Below, piece by piece: positions 8,264-17,596 of a DNA stretch of 35,688 nt. Source of the DNA: Gammaproteobacteria bacterium (GTDB lineage Bacteria; Pseudomonadota; Gammaproteobacteria; SZUA-152). Position 1 is the first letter of the stretch. Every line of letters starts with the position of its first letter. Made by a program: the position numbers and the translations under genes. The stretch is taken from the NCBI GenBank assembly GCA_030613605.1, contig JAUWLO010000002.1:1-35688 (forward strand). Direction: 5' to 3'. The notes under the pieces were generated by a model, which saw only the letters and a list, made by a program, of their open reading frames with translations, had not been told where the DNA came from and ran no database searches.

Positions 8264-10612
8264 ATGAGCCATTTAATTTCTTTAGCTAAAGAATTTTTGA
8301 GGAATCATGATGCCGTACCGTTTGGTGTGACACGATTAGATATTTCTCGCACAAATCAAAAAAGATTTTTGTGTTATCGCAGGATGGTTGTTTTAGTGGG
8401 GTTATATTTTATTTTTACCCCGCTATCTGTACAAGCAGTAGAAAATCAATGGCGATTATGTACAACGCCTGTTAAAACAGTGCCAACAAAAATAACATCG
8501 GCAAAAAAAGATGTATCAGAAAATGCCGATGCCGATGCCAATGTTAGCAAGGAAATGATTTTTACTGCTGATGAGTTTGAAGTGCATGGCTCACAATATC
8601 GTTTGAAGGGTAAAGTGAAAGGTGGCCGTGGAGATCAGCAATTATCCGCAGATTCACTGAGTTATGATAAAAATACTGATTTAGCGGAGGCAGCGGGTAA
8701 TGTGCGATATGAGAGTGGTGAGCGCACCCTCACAGGCGACACCGCGAGCATTAACCTTGGGAAAGACACGGGTAGTATAAAGCCCGCCCGTTTCTGGTTT
8801 GCGGATAAACACATTCGTGGTCAGGCAGATTCAATTCAGTTTGATGGCGCCTCGAAGACGCGTTTGCAAGGCGTTACATTTACAACGTGTGATGAAGGTT
8901 CGGAAGACTGGTTGTTAAAAGCATCAAGTCTGCGCCTGGATACTGAAAATAATGTCGGCGTGGCCCGCCATGCTCGTATTAATTTCATGGGCGTCCCAAT
9001 TTTTTATTTTCCTTATCTAAGTTTTCCTTTGGAAGGACGTAAGAGTGGCTTCCTGGCACCTTCTTTTGGTAATTCAAGCAGTTCTGGTGCTGAGTTGAGT
9101 TTGCCTTATTACTGGAATATTGCGCCGCACAGAGACGCAACCCTGACGCCACTATATTTGAGTCGTCGGGGATTGCTTGTGGAAACAGAATTTCGGTATC
9201 TGAATGAACGAAGTTTTGGGCAGATCGAAGTCGCCCACATAAATGACGATCGTATTTTTGGCGATAGTCGCACTGCTGTTGGTTTTCAGCACCAGGGTAG
9301 CCCCGCACCCGCATGGCGCACCCGTCTGAACTATCAGCATGTATCAGATGTAGATTACCTGGATGATTTTGGCAGTGAATTGGCGACTAGCAGTGCAACG
9401 CATCTGGAAAGCCGAGCGAATGTGGCGTACCGAAGTGATTATTTGCAAGCCAGCTTGCTTGTGCAAGTATATCAAACGCTTGATGGAACCGTATCGGGCT
9501 CTGATAAACCTTATCAACGACTTCCCCAGATACGGGTAAACAGCCGAAACTGGAAAGGGCCAGCCGGCTTTGTGGCAGATGTTGATGCCGAGGTTGTTCG
9601 CTTTGACCGATCAGAAAGTGTGGTTGGTAATCGACTGGATGTACAACCCAGGATTAGCTGGCCATGGCGAGGCCAATCCGGTTTTGCCATTCCAAAACTG
9701 GTTTACAGGCATACCCAATACCAGCTAACGAGATCGGACCCTGCCTTTGATGACAATCCTTCGCGCAGCCTGCCAATTTTTAGTCTGGACAGTGGCTTAT
9801 ACTTTGAGCGTGAGCTTGGTAAAAATGGCAATGTTGCACGCCAAACGCTTGAGCCGCGGTTGTTTTATTTACATGCCTCGTATCGAAATCAGGAGAATTT
9901 AATCGTCGATGAATTGAGTGTGGATCGTGTTTTTGACAGTAGTCTCCCCCTTTTCAGTTTTAGCCAAATGTTTCGTGAAAACCGTTTCTCAGGTGCTGAC
10001 CGGGTTGCTGACGCGAACCAGCTGAGTGCCGCTTTAACGACACGGTTTCTGGATAACCGTGGGCGTGAACTACTGAGCGCCAGCATGGGTCGAATCATGT
10101 ACTTTCAGGATCGTGAAGTTACGCTGCCGGGCGGAATCGCTGAGACAGATTCTACTTCAGACTGGCTGGCTGAAATCAAAAGTCACTGGACGTCAGCAGT
10201 AAGCGCCAGGGCTAGCATTCAATGGAATTCTGATAACGGCCGAATGGAACGTGGATCTGCGTATGTTTTATATCAAAAGGATAAACGAAGTGTACTTAAG
10301 CTAGCATATAATTTTGAGGAAAATAATATAGAACAGAGCGATTTGGCATTTATCTGGCCGCTATCATCACACTGGAGCCTGGTCGGTCGCTGGTTACACT
10401 CTATACGTGATGATGTGACCCTGGAGACACTTAAAGGCGTAGAGTATGAGAGCTGTTGCTGGACGGCTCGCCTGGTACAGCGCACATATCGAGTGGATGC
10501 TCTGGATGAGGATGAAAACAATAGCATCTGGTTTCAACTGGAATTAAAAGGATTAACCAGTGTAGGCAAAGGCATTAAGAATTTATTGGCTCGTGATATT
10601 ATTTCGCCCTGA
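8264..10612 (+). CDS. lptD: LPS-assembly outer membrane protein LptD
   Basis: About 780 aa and beta-rich, with a hydrophobic signal-like segment VVLVGLYFIFTPLSVQA. It sits immediately upstream of surA-pdxA-rsmA, the conserved lptD operon order. The first 40 codons before the signal-like segment may not be translated, so an internal start near 8366-8384 is possible. Confidence 0.85.
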   Translation: MSHLISLAKEFLRNHDAVPFGVTRLDISRTNQKRFLCYRRMVVLVGLYFIFTPLSVQAVENQWRLCTTPVKTVPTKITSAKKDVSENADADANVSKEMIFTADEFEVHGSQYRLKGKVKGGRGDQQLSADSLSYDKNTDLAEAAGNVRYESGERTLTGDTASINLGKDTGSIKPARFWFADKHIRGQADSIQFDGASKTRLQGVTFTTCDEGSEDWLLKASSLRLDTENNVGVARHARINFMGVPIFYFPYLSFPLEGRKSGFLAPSFGNSSSSGAELSLPYYWNIAPHRDATLTPLYLSRRGLLVETEFRYLNERSFGQIEVAHINDDRIFGDSRTAVGFQHQGSPAPAWRTRLNYQHVSDVDYLDDFGSELATSSATHLESRANVAYRSDYLQASLLVQVYQTLDGTVSGSDKPYQRLPQIRVNSRNWKGPAGFVADVDAEVVRFDRSESVVGNRLDVQPRISWPWRGQSGFAIPKLVYRHTQYQLTRSDPAFDDNPSRSLPIFSLDSGLYFERELGKNGNVARQTLEPRLFYLHASYRNQENLIVDELSVDRVFDSSLPLFSFSQMFRENRFSGADRVADANQLSAALTTRFLDNRGRELLSASMGRIMYFQDREVTLPGGIAETDSTSDWLAEIKSHWTSAVSARASIQWNSDNGRMERGSAYVLYQKDKRSVLKLAYNFEENNIEQSDLAFIWPLSSHWSLVGRWLHSIRDDVTLETLKGVEYESCCWTARLVQRTYRVDALDEDENNSIWFQLELKGLTSVGKGIKNLLARDIISP

Positions 10613-10675
10613 TACCTGTTGCCGTGATTGGTGATATTCAGTTATTTATAGATAGAAAAGAGAGAAGAAATTTTA

Positions 10676-11971
10676 ATGAAATTCACATCTAGTTTTTTAA
10701 TATTATTGGCGGCATTTGCCTGGAATCCGGTAGCGATTGCTGCGCTTTCAACAAGCGATCCTCTAGACCGGATTGTTGCGGTAGTGAATAACGATGTAAT
10801 AACCGAGTTAGAACTTAATATAGAAGTCACTAATATTAAGAATCAATTGCGTCAACAAAAAACCAGGTTTCCTTCAGACGCCATCCTGAAAAAACAATTG
10901 CTGGAACGAATGATCCTGCGTCAGATACAGTTGCAGATGGCGGATCGAATACATCTAAGAGTTGATGATGAAATGCTAAACCGCACCATGGATAATATTG
11001 CGGCCCAGAATAAACTCAGCCTTAAGAGTTTGCGTGAAACTTTAGAAAAAGAAGGGACTGACTTTGCGCAATTCAGGGAGAATATGCGGCATGAAATAAT
11101 AATCAATCAATTACAAAAACGTCAGGTTCATAATCGTATTACCATTACCAATCAGGAAATAGAGAGATTTCTTAAAAATATTGAATTACGTGGTGGGCAA
11201 ACCACGGAATACCACTTGGGCCATATTTTAGTTGCAATACCAGAAGCGGCGAGCTCGGCACAAATTTCACAGGCCAGGGGAAAATCCAGCGATATTATAA
11301 AAAAATTAAGCGAGGGCGCAGATTTTACCCAAATTGCGATTGCAATGTCCGATGGTCAACAGGCCCTTGAAGGCGGCGATATAGGTTGGCGTCGTTTTGA
11401 GGCGCTGCCAACTTTATTTTCTAGCTGGGTAAATGAACAGGCAGTGGGTAACGTAAGCCATGCAATACGTAGTCCGAGCGGATATCACATCATAAAATTT
11501 CTTGGTAAGCGTGAAAATGAACAACAATACGTTGTTACCCAAACGCACGCACGACACATTTTAATTCGTACGGGAGAATTTTCCAATAATAATGAGGCAC
11601 GCAGTCGTGTTGCAAAATTAAGAGTACGCATCCTGGCAGGCGAAGATTTTTCGACATTAGCGAAGGCGCATTCTGATGATCCTGGTTCATCGACAAATGG
11701 CGGAGATTTGGGATGGATAAATCCCGGCACAATGGTGCCTCCGTTTGAACAGGCATTAAGTTTATTGGGTGATAATCAGATTAGTGAACCTGTACAGACC
11801 AGATTTGGATGGCACATTATAGAAGTGTTAGGAAAACGTACGCACGACAATACAGGCAGTGTTAAGCGTAAAAAAGCCCAGGAAACCATTCGGGCCAGGA
11901 AAATTGAACCCGCCTTGCAGAGTTGGATGCGCCGTTTACGCAGCGAGGCCTTTGTTGAAAACCGGCTGTAA
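10676..11971 (+). CDS. surA: Periplasmic chaperone / peptidyl-prolyl isomerase SurA
   Basis: It has a signal peptide (FLILLAAFAWNPVAIA), the N-terminal SurA segment DRIVAVVNNDVIT, and two parvulin domains (SGYHIIKF; GDLGWI...FGWHIIEV). Confidence 0.93.
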   Translation: MKFTSSFLILLAAFAWNPVAIAALSTSDPLDRIVAVVNNDVITELELNIEVTNIKNQLRQQKTRFPSDAILKKQLLERMILRQIQLQMADRIHLRVDDEMLNRTMDNIAAQNKLSLKSLRETLEKEGTDFAQFRENMRHEIIINQLQKRQVHNRITITNQEIERFLKNIELRGGQTTEYHLGHILVAIPEAASSAQISQARGKSSDIIKKLSEGADFTQIAIAMSDGQQALEGGDIGWRRFEALPTLFSSWVNEQAVGNVSHAIRSPSGYHIIKFLGKRENEQQYVVTQTHARHILIRTGEFSNNNEARSRVAKLRVRILAGEDFSTLAKAHSDDPGSSTNGGDLGWINPGTMVPPFEQALSLLGDNQISEPVQTRFGWHIIEVLGKRTHDNTGSVKRKKAQETIRARKIEPALQSWMRRLRSEAFVENRL

Positions 11972-12016
11972 CGGGTTGCCTATTCTGAATATTATCCAGG
12001 AAATTTTTGGCTTATT

Positions 12017-13048
12017 GTGAACAATATTATTCCTCGTCTGGTGATTACTCCTGGTGAGCCCGCGGGCATCGGACCGGACCTTTGTGTGATGCTGGCTCAG
12101 CTAAGTTTGTCTGTAGAGCTCGTGGTCATTGCCGATAAAGGTTTATTAACAAATCGCGCAAAACAATTAAATCTTCCTTTATCCCTTAAAGATTTTGATC
12201 CGTCAGCAGAAAAAATAGTGCACCAACCAGGAGCATTACAAATCATCAACGAAAGCCTGGTTGTTTCAGCCGAAACGGGAATATTAAATAAATCTAATGC
12301 GCCTTATGTTTTAAATACTCTCGATAAAGCCATTGATGGATGTATGAGTGGACTTTTTGATGCTCTCGTTACCGGGCCGATTCATAAGGGCATCATTAAT
12401 GAATTTTTTAACGAGTCTGGTAACGAAAATTCCAAAATAATATTTACCGGACACACTGAATATCTAGCAGAACGTACCGGATGTGATTTACCCGTCATGA
12501 TGCTGGCAACCAAAGGACTTCGAGTTGCCCTGGTAACAACGCATTTGCCTCTATCCCGTGTTTCAGAAAACATAACGGCGGATCGCCTCACGAAAGTAGT
12601 GGAAATTCTGCATCAGGAGCTGGTTAATCGCTTTGATATTGAATCGCCCGAAATTTTGGTTTGTGGCCTCAATCCTCATGCCGGCGAAGATGGCCACCTG
12701 GGCCGTGAGGAAATCGAAATTCTTATCCCTGTGTTAGATAAACTTCGAGAGCGTGGCTGGAATTTACACGGGCCTTTGCCTGCAGATACTTTGTTTGTCC
12801 CAGACAGGCTTAAACAGGCCGATGCGGTGTTGGCCATGTATCATGATCAGGGCCTTCCCGTGTTAAAACATATGGGATTTGGCCAGGCAATCAATATAAC
12901 GCTGGGCCTGCCGATCATTCGCACCTCAGTGGATCATGGTGTGGCGCTTGATTTAGCCGGAACGGGTAAGATTAAATTGAGCAGCCTGAAATTAGCGATA
13001 GATACAGCAACGGATATGGCGAATAAAGTAACGGGTCATTTGCAGTGA
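12017..13048 (+). CDS. pdxA: 4-hydroxythreonine-4-phosphate dehydrogenase
   Basis: GTG start. Motifs present: ITPGEPAGIGPDL, GHTEYLA, NPHAGE, YHDQGL. Confidence 0.93.
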   Translation: MNNIIPRLVITPGEPAGIGPDLCVMLAQLSLSVELVVIADKGLLTNRAKQLNLPLSLKDFDPSAEKIVHQPGALQIINESLVVSAETGILNKSNAPYVLNTLDKAIDGCMSGLFDALVTGPIHKGIINEFFNESGNENSKIIFTGHTEYLAERTGCDLPVMMLATKGLRVALVTTHLPLSRVSENITADRLTKVVEILHQELVNRFDIESPEILVCGLNPHAGEDGHLGREEIEILIPVLDKLRERGWNLHGPLPADTLFVPDRLKQADAVLAMYHDQGLPVLKHMGFGQAINITLGLPIIRTSVDHGVALDLAGTGKIKLSSLKLAIDTATDMANKVTGHLQ

Positions 13049-13055
13049 AAATTTC

Positions 13056-13835
13056 ATGAAAGACCATCGCGCGCGAAAACGGTTTGGACAACATTTTCTA
13101 ATTGATGGCAATGTTGTTACACGAATCGTAGCAGCCATTAACCCTCAACAGGGTGATCATATTGTAGAAATTGGCCCTGGCCTGGGTGTGTTAACAGAAG
13201 CCTTGTTGTCTTGTGTGCCCGAGCTGGATGCGGTGGAACTGGATCGCGATATTATCCCAAAGTTAGCGGAACGTTGTGGGAAACTGGGGAGCCTTACGAT
13301 TCATGAAGCTGATGCTCTGCAGTTTGATTTTATGGCATTAGCTGGCGACAAACGGCCTTTAAGAATTGTAGGCAACCTGCCCTACAACATATCGACACCT
13401 TTAATGTTTCATTTGATTGAATCAAGCCAGGTTATTAGTGATATGCACTTTATGTTGCAAAAGGAAGTGGTCAATCGTCTGGCAGCGCAGCCAGGCAATA
13501 AAGATTATGGTCGCCTGAGTGTGATGATGCAGTTTCACTGTCAGGTTGATTCATTATTTGATGTGCCGCCAGAGTCATTCGATCCACCACCCAAAGTAAA
13601 TTCTGCAGTAGTACGTTTAATTCCCTACAGTGAACCGCCAGTGAAAGTGAATGACGTTAAAATTCTGGAGAAAGTAGTGACGCAGGCATTTTCGCAGCGA
13701 CGTAAAACCATTCGCAATACCTTAAAGCCATTATTGAGCGCAGAACAAATGGAAAAGCTGGGTATCGATCCGGTTCGGCGTGCAGAAACTTTGAGTCTGA
13801 GCGAATTTGCTGAATTATCGAATTTAGTGGGTTAG
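13056..13835 (+). CDS. rsmA: 16S rRNA (adenine1518/1519-N6)-dimethyltransferase
   Basis: RFGQHFL, SAM motif EIGPGLGVLT and GNLPYNISTP. It follows pdxA. Confidence 0.95.
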   Translation: MKDHRARKRFGQHFLIDGNVVTRIVAAINPQQGDHIVEIGPGLGVLTEALLSCVPELDAVELDRDIIPKLAERCGKLGSLTIHEADALQFDFMALAGDKRPLRIVGNLPYNISTPLMFHLIESSQVISDMHFMLQKEVVNRLAAQPGNKDYGRLSVMMQFHCQVDSLFDVPPESFDPPPKVNSAVVRLIPYSEPPVKVNDVKILEKVVTQAFSQRRKTIRNTLKPLLSAEQMEKLGIDPVRRAETLSLSEFAELSNLVG

Positions 13836-13863
13836 CCAATTAAAGTTATGACTAATGAAGAAA

Positions 13864-14946
13864 TCACCAATCCATGCGCTCCATCAAATAGCCTAAACAA
13901 TCCTGTCGGATCACGTTTTTATCCAGTGTAAACATGGACGGCATAAATTCTCGCGCAGTGCGTAATTGCCCTGCCTCAAGGGTTAAATAGCGATTTGTTG
14001 CGTCATTCCCATGTTCATCTGTTACACGCAGCGGGATCTCTGTTTGATTTATATTTAAATTTCCAAGACTGGTGCCCCTGGAAAGCTCGGTAAAATTAAG
14101 ATGATCCAGTGTGGCAGGGAAGCATATATCCGTTGATAGTGTTTCGACGGCATCCATTTTATTTAAATCTTTGTCGTTAGAAGTATCGTTATCAAAGCTA
14201 AAACTAATGTGTTCAGGTACGGTTATCGTTGCGACGGTATGATACAGGTCCATATCATGCGCAGCGACTGGATGACTCGGTAGTTCCGAAAGATGCAGGC
14301 AAGTGTTGATGAATTCTGCGGCATGGGTTGCACCGTAAGCCTGGTCCGGTTTCCCACACTCCACAGTAACGGAGGGGCAAATATCGGCAAAGGCCATTGA
14401 TTGCACCCCCTTGGGTCGGATGAAATACACCACAGTGCGCGAAAACAACGTGGCGAGGTGGAAAAAACGGTGGTCGAGTCTGTTGATGCAGCCGTAGTGT
14501 GGATTAAGTCCCGTATTGTTGTGTACATCAACACTGGCAAAAACATCTTTTTCACGCATTGTGTCGACAATGTATTTCATCATGGCACGCTCTGATTTAT
14601 CGTCCTGATTTTTGGTTTCACTTTCCGGGCCACAATCCTCGCATGGCCAAATGCGGTTGTAATCAGGTTGTTTATCCAGGTGTCGGGCAGCTTCATGAGC
14701 TGCCGACACATTGCCAATAAATATTGAAATTGAACGAGGCAGGGGTTTATCCCGATTTTTTTTGAGGAAAAGCTGTAAAGCGAATAAGCCAGTTGGTTCA
14801 TTGCCATGGAGTAAAACGGAAACAAACAGAGGGTTTTTTCGCCTTCCTTCAAGATGGATAAGTGTTGGGCCAGGTAAAATAGTATGCAGATTTTCGGGGC
14901 TGCAATTCTCAAAACCTTCGGGTATATGATTGAGTTCGGTTAGCAT
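13864..14946 (-). CDS. AstE/AspA-family (M14-like) zinc deacylase, substrate unknown
   Basis: 360 aa. It has the zinc-ligand motif LLHGNEPTG (HxxE) and a second His motif VDVHNNTG, typical of succinylglutamate desuccinylase/aspartoacylase-type enzymes. It lies 10 nt downstream of the ligase gene. Confidence 0.7.
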   Translation of the reverse strand: MLTELNHIPEGFENCSPENLHTILPGPTLIHLEGRRKNPLFVSVLLHGNEPTGLFALQLFLKKNRDKPLPRSISIFIGNVSAAHEAARHLDKQPDYNRIWPCEDCGPESETKNQDDKSERAMMKYIVDTMREKDVFASVDVHNNTGLNPHYGCINRLDHRFFHLATLFSRTVVYFIRPKGVQSMAFADICPSVTVECGKPDQAYGATHAAEFINTCLHLSELPSHPVAAHDMDLYHTVATITVPEHISFSFDNDTSNDKDLNKMDAVETLSTDICFPATLDHLNFTELSRGTSLGNLNINQTEIPLRVTDEHGNDATNRYLTLEAGQLRTAREFMPSMFTLDKNVIRQDCLGYLMERMDW

Positions 14947-14956
14947 TTATTAACTT

Positions 14957-16387
14957 TTAGAGATCCCATTCATGTACGGGTGTGCCCGTGTGCTGTCTTT
15001 CCATATATGCTGATAGAAGAGCCTTCATATCGTTACCATGTTTGGCTACAAAGGCACGTTGCCAGCTCGCTCCATTACAGGAAGAGCGCACCCGGCTACT
15101 GATAATGCTCAGGTATTTGGAAATATCCTTATCGAAAATGCCCAGATCCGTTAAACCTTCTTTGGCCAGCGGTAATAAAATATTCTGCAAAAGAGACTGG
15201 GCCGGATGTTTTTGACCATCTACCCAGATAATGTGTGCATCCAGACCATATTGTGCACAGGCATAAAAATTATCACGTGCCTGTGCAAAATCCATAAGAC
15301 TTTCGGGGGCACTTTCCATATTACATAATGCATGAGTAAGGCCGTAGTAAAAAGCGGCATTAGCAAATGAATCAATGATTGTAGGACCAGCAGGTACCAC
15401 TCGCTGTTCAATTCTAATAAAGGGCTCACCATTTTTAAAAGCCAGTAACGGACGATTCCAGCGCCACAAGGTGCCATTGTGTAATGATAAATGCGCCATT
15501 TCTTCGGCAGGTGTATCGAACGTAGTGGGTAACAGCACGGGATAGTGCTCATAATTTTCGGTAAAACATTCCATCAATGAATGGCGCGCATAGCCCGAGC
15601 CAAAAGTTACGCGGCGCATGGGCCCATGTGACTCTTCTTCATATCCCCCGGCTTCTACTGCTTGTTCGAATAAGGGAATACGTGATTCAGCCCACAGGTC
15701 TTTGCCAAACAGGTAGGGAGAATTTGCGCTAACGGCTACTAGTGGCGCAGAGGCTATAATAGAAGCGTTGTAAGCACGCATCGCCCGCTCTGGTGAAACC
15801 TGCAGATGAATTTGAAACGAAGTAGTGGCTGATTCCAGCATCACATCATTGTGTTCAGCGCGCAGGATGTCTTTGCCGTGTATATCAAGCTGTAAGGGAC
15901 GACCACCACGTAATCGCAGGATTTCATGATTCAATGCGACGTAACGGTTCATGGATGACAGGTTATCCATTATGAGGTGCTGGTTTTCGACGGTGGGCAG
16001 GATGCCGATCATGGCAAGGTCGGCATCCATTTGGTTGGCCACGTTGCGAGCCTTATTCCAGTCTTTTTGTAGTGCATTGTTCATGCGGGTTAATACATTA
16101 CCGCTGATTTCTTCAGGTGCGAGATTGAATTCCACATTGAAGGTAGCAAGCTCTGGGGTGACCAGCGGGCTATTAAGAGACTTCAGAAAAACACCATTTA
16201 TAGGTGCAGGCATCATATGCCGGTCCACCAGCCAGGCTTCAAGCTCCAGGCCGGCCATAGGTGGACAGGATTTGAATCGATTTTCGGCGAACCAGTGCGC
16301 GAGGAGTTCGGTTTCCTGGCCTAGCCGTTGATGAAAGGTTTCAAAATCCTGTGCTGAAAAACGGACTTCATTGATTTCCTGGCCCAT
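14957..16387 (-). CDS. GCS2-family carboxylate-amine ligase (glutamate-cysteine-ligase-like)
   Basis: 476 aa. GLELEAWLVD, FNVEFNL and TSFQIHLQV resemble the YbdK/GCS2 ligase signatures (GxELExxLVD, xHVHVG). Confidence 0.7.
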   Translation of the reverse strand: MGQEINEVRFSAQDFETFHQRLGQETELLAHWFAENRFKSCPPMAGLELEAWLVDRHMMPAPINGVFLKSLNSPLVTPELATFNVEFNLAPEEISGNVLTRMNNALQKDWNKARNVANQMDADLAMIGILPTVENQHLIMDNLSSMNRYVALNHEILRLRGGRPLQLDIHGKDILRAEHNDVMLESATTSFQIHLQVSPERAMRAYNASIIASAPLVAVSANSPYLFGKDLWAESRIPLFEQAVEAGGYEEESHGPMRRVTFGSGYARHSLMECFTENYEHYPVLLPTTFDTPAEEMAHLSLHNGTLWRWNRPLLAFKNGEPFIRIEQRVVPAGPTIIDSFANAAFYYGLTHALCNMESAPESLMDFAQARDNFYACAQYGLDAHIIWVDGQKHPAQSLLQNILLPLAKEGLTDLGIFDKDISKYLSIISSRVRSSCNGASWQRAFVAKHGNDMKALLSAYMERQHTGTPVHEWDL

Positions 16388-16515
16388 ATTTCTCCCAATG
16401 GAGTCGTTTAAAATGGTTTTAGTAGTTATATGTCAGTGTTATGTGCCAAAAAAGCCCCAGAGTCTAGTTAATCCGTATTTCTCGTTGATCGACACAAGAA
16501 TTAGGGTTTTGTCGA

Positions 16516-16544
16516 TTCCCGAGGGCCAGGTCTGGCGGTATAAT
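16516..16544 (+). promoter_or_regulatory. Possible glyQS promoter
   Basis: Perfect -10 TATAAT at 16539-16544 with a weak -35 (TTCCCG, 17-nt spacer). A 7-bp inverted repeat (atcgaca 16488-16494 / tgtcgat 16510-16516) abuts the -35. Confidence 0.3.
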
Positions 16545-16588
16545 CAGCGCCTTTCGCCCTAGAGCAATTACGTCAGAAGCAGCGGATT

Positions 16589-17596
16589 ATGACCAAAACT
16601 GAAACAACCAAGCCCGATGTCGCCACTTTTCAGGGCCTTATTTTTGCCCTGCAGCAATACTGGGCCGAACGGGGCTGTGTGATATTGCAACCACTGGACA
16701 TGGAGGTGGGTGCCGGAACCTTCCACCCGGCCACATTTTTGCGCGCCATTGGACCGGAGCCCTGGAGTGCGGCATACGTGCAGCCTTCACGACGGCCTAC
16801 TGATGGGCGTTATGGAGAGAACCCTAATAGGCTGCAGCATTACTATCAGTTTCAGGTTGTCATTAAACCGTCACCGCTGGATATTCAGGAGTTGTATCTG
16901 GGTAGCCTCAAATATTTGGGTATCGATACCCTGGTACATGATATTCGTTTTGTGGAAGACAACTGGGAAAGCCCGACTCTGGGTGCCTGGGGCCTGGGCT
17001 GGGAGGTTTGGCTTAATGGCATGGAAGTCACCCAGTTTACCTACTTCCAACAGGTGGGCGGCCTGGAATGCAAACCGGTTACTGGCGAGATTACCTATGG
17101 TCTTGAACGCATTGCCATGTATTTGCAGGGCGTGAAGAGTGTTTTTGATCTGGTGTGGAGTGATGGCCCGTTGGGTAAGATTACCTATCGTGATGTGTTT
17201 CATCAGAATGAGGTGGAGCAGTCGGCCTATAACTTTGAATACGCGGACACCGAGCCGTTGTTTAACTGGTTTGATAGCTGTGAAATTGAGAGCCAACGTC
17301 TAATCGAAGCGGGCCTGCCATTGCCTGCATATGAACAAGTCCTCAAAGCTTCCCATACGTTTAACCTGTTAGATGCACGTCATGCCATTTCAGTAACCGA
17401 GCGTCAACGCTACATACTGCGAGTGCGCACCCTCTCTCGTGCTGTGGCGCAGGCTTATTATGATGCCCGAGAAAAGCTGGGCTTCCCCATGAATAAAAAG
17501 TCTATGGTGAAAAATAACGATGCCTCAGAAAAAAATCCTACAAAGAAAAAAATTAAAAAGAAAGCATCTAAAAAGAAAGACGGGAGCAAATCATGA
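16589..17596 (+). CDS. glyQ: Glycine--tRNA ligase alpha subunit, with a Lys-rich C-terminal tail
   Basis: It carries highly conserved GlyQ sequence ([42 protein letters not shown]). The stop overlaps the glyS start (ATGA). Confidence 0.96.
   Translation: MTKTETTKPDVATFQGLIFALQQYWAERGCVILQPLDMEVGAGTFHPATFLRAIGPEPWSAAYVQPSRRPTDGRYGENPNRLQHYYQFQVVIKPSPLDIQELYLGSLKYLGIDTLVHDIRFVEDNWESPTLGAWGLGWEVWLNGMEVTQFTYFQQVGGLECKPVTGEITYGLERIAMYLQGVKSVFDLVWSDGPLGKITYRDVFHQNEVEQSAYNFEYADTEPLFNWFDSCEIESQRLIEAGLPLPAYEQVLKASHTFNLLDARHAISVTERQRYILRVRTLSRAVAQAYYDAREKLGFPMNKKSMVKNNDASEKNPTKKKIKKKASKKKDGSKS

Noticed and set aside
16710-17296. Two 141-aa ORFs (plus 16710-17135, minus 16871-17296) inside glyQ. Similar long shadow ORFs occur at 5591-6046, 17733-18110 and 29397-29855.
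   Set aside because: All lie within or antisense to strongly conserved genes (glyQ, yidC, glyS, the ABC ATPase) and have no motifs of their own. They are typical frame shadows.
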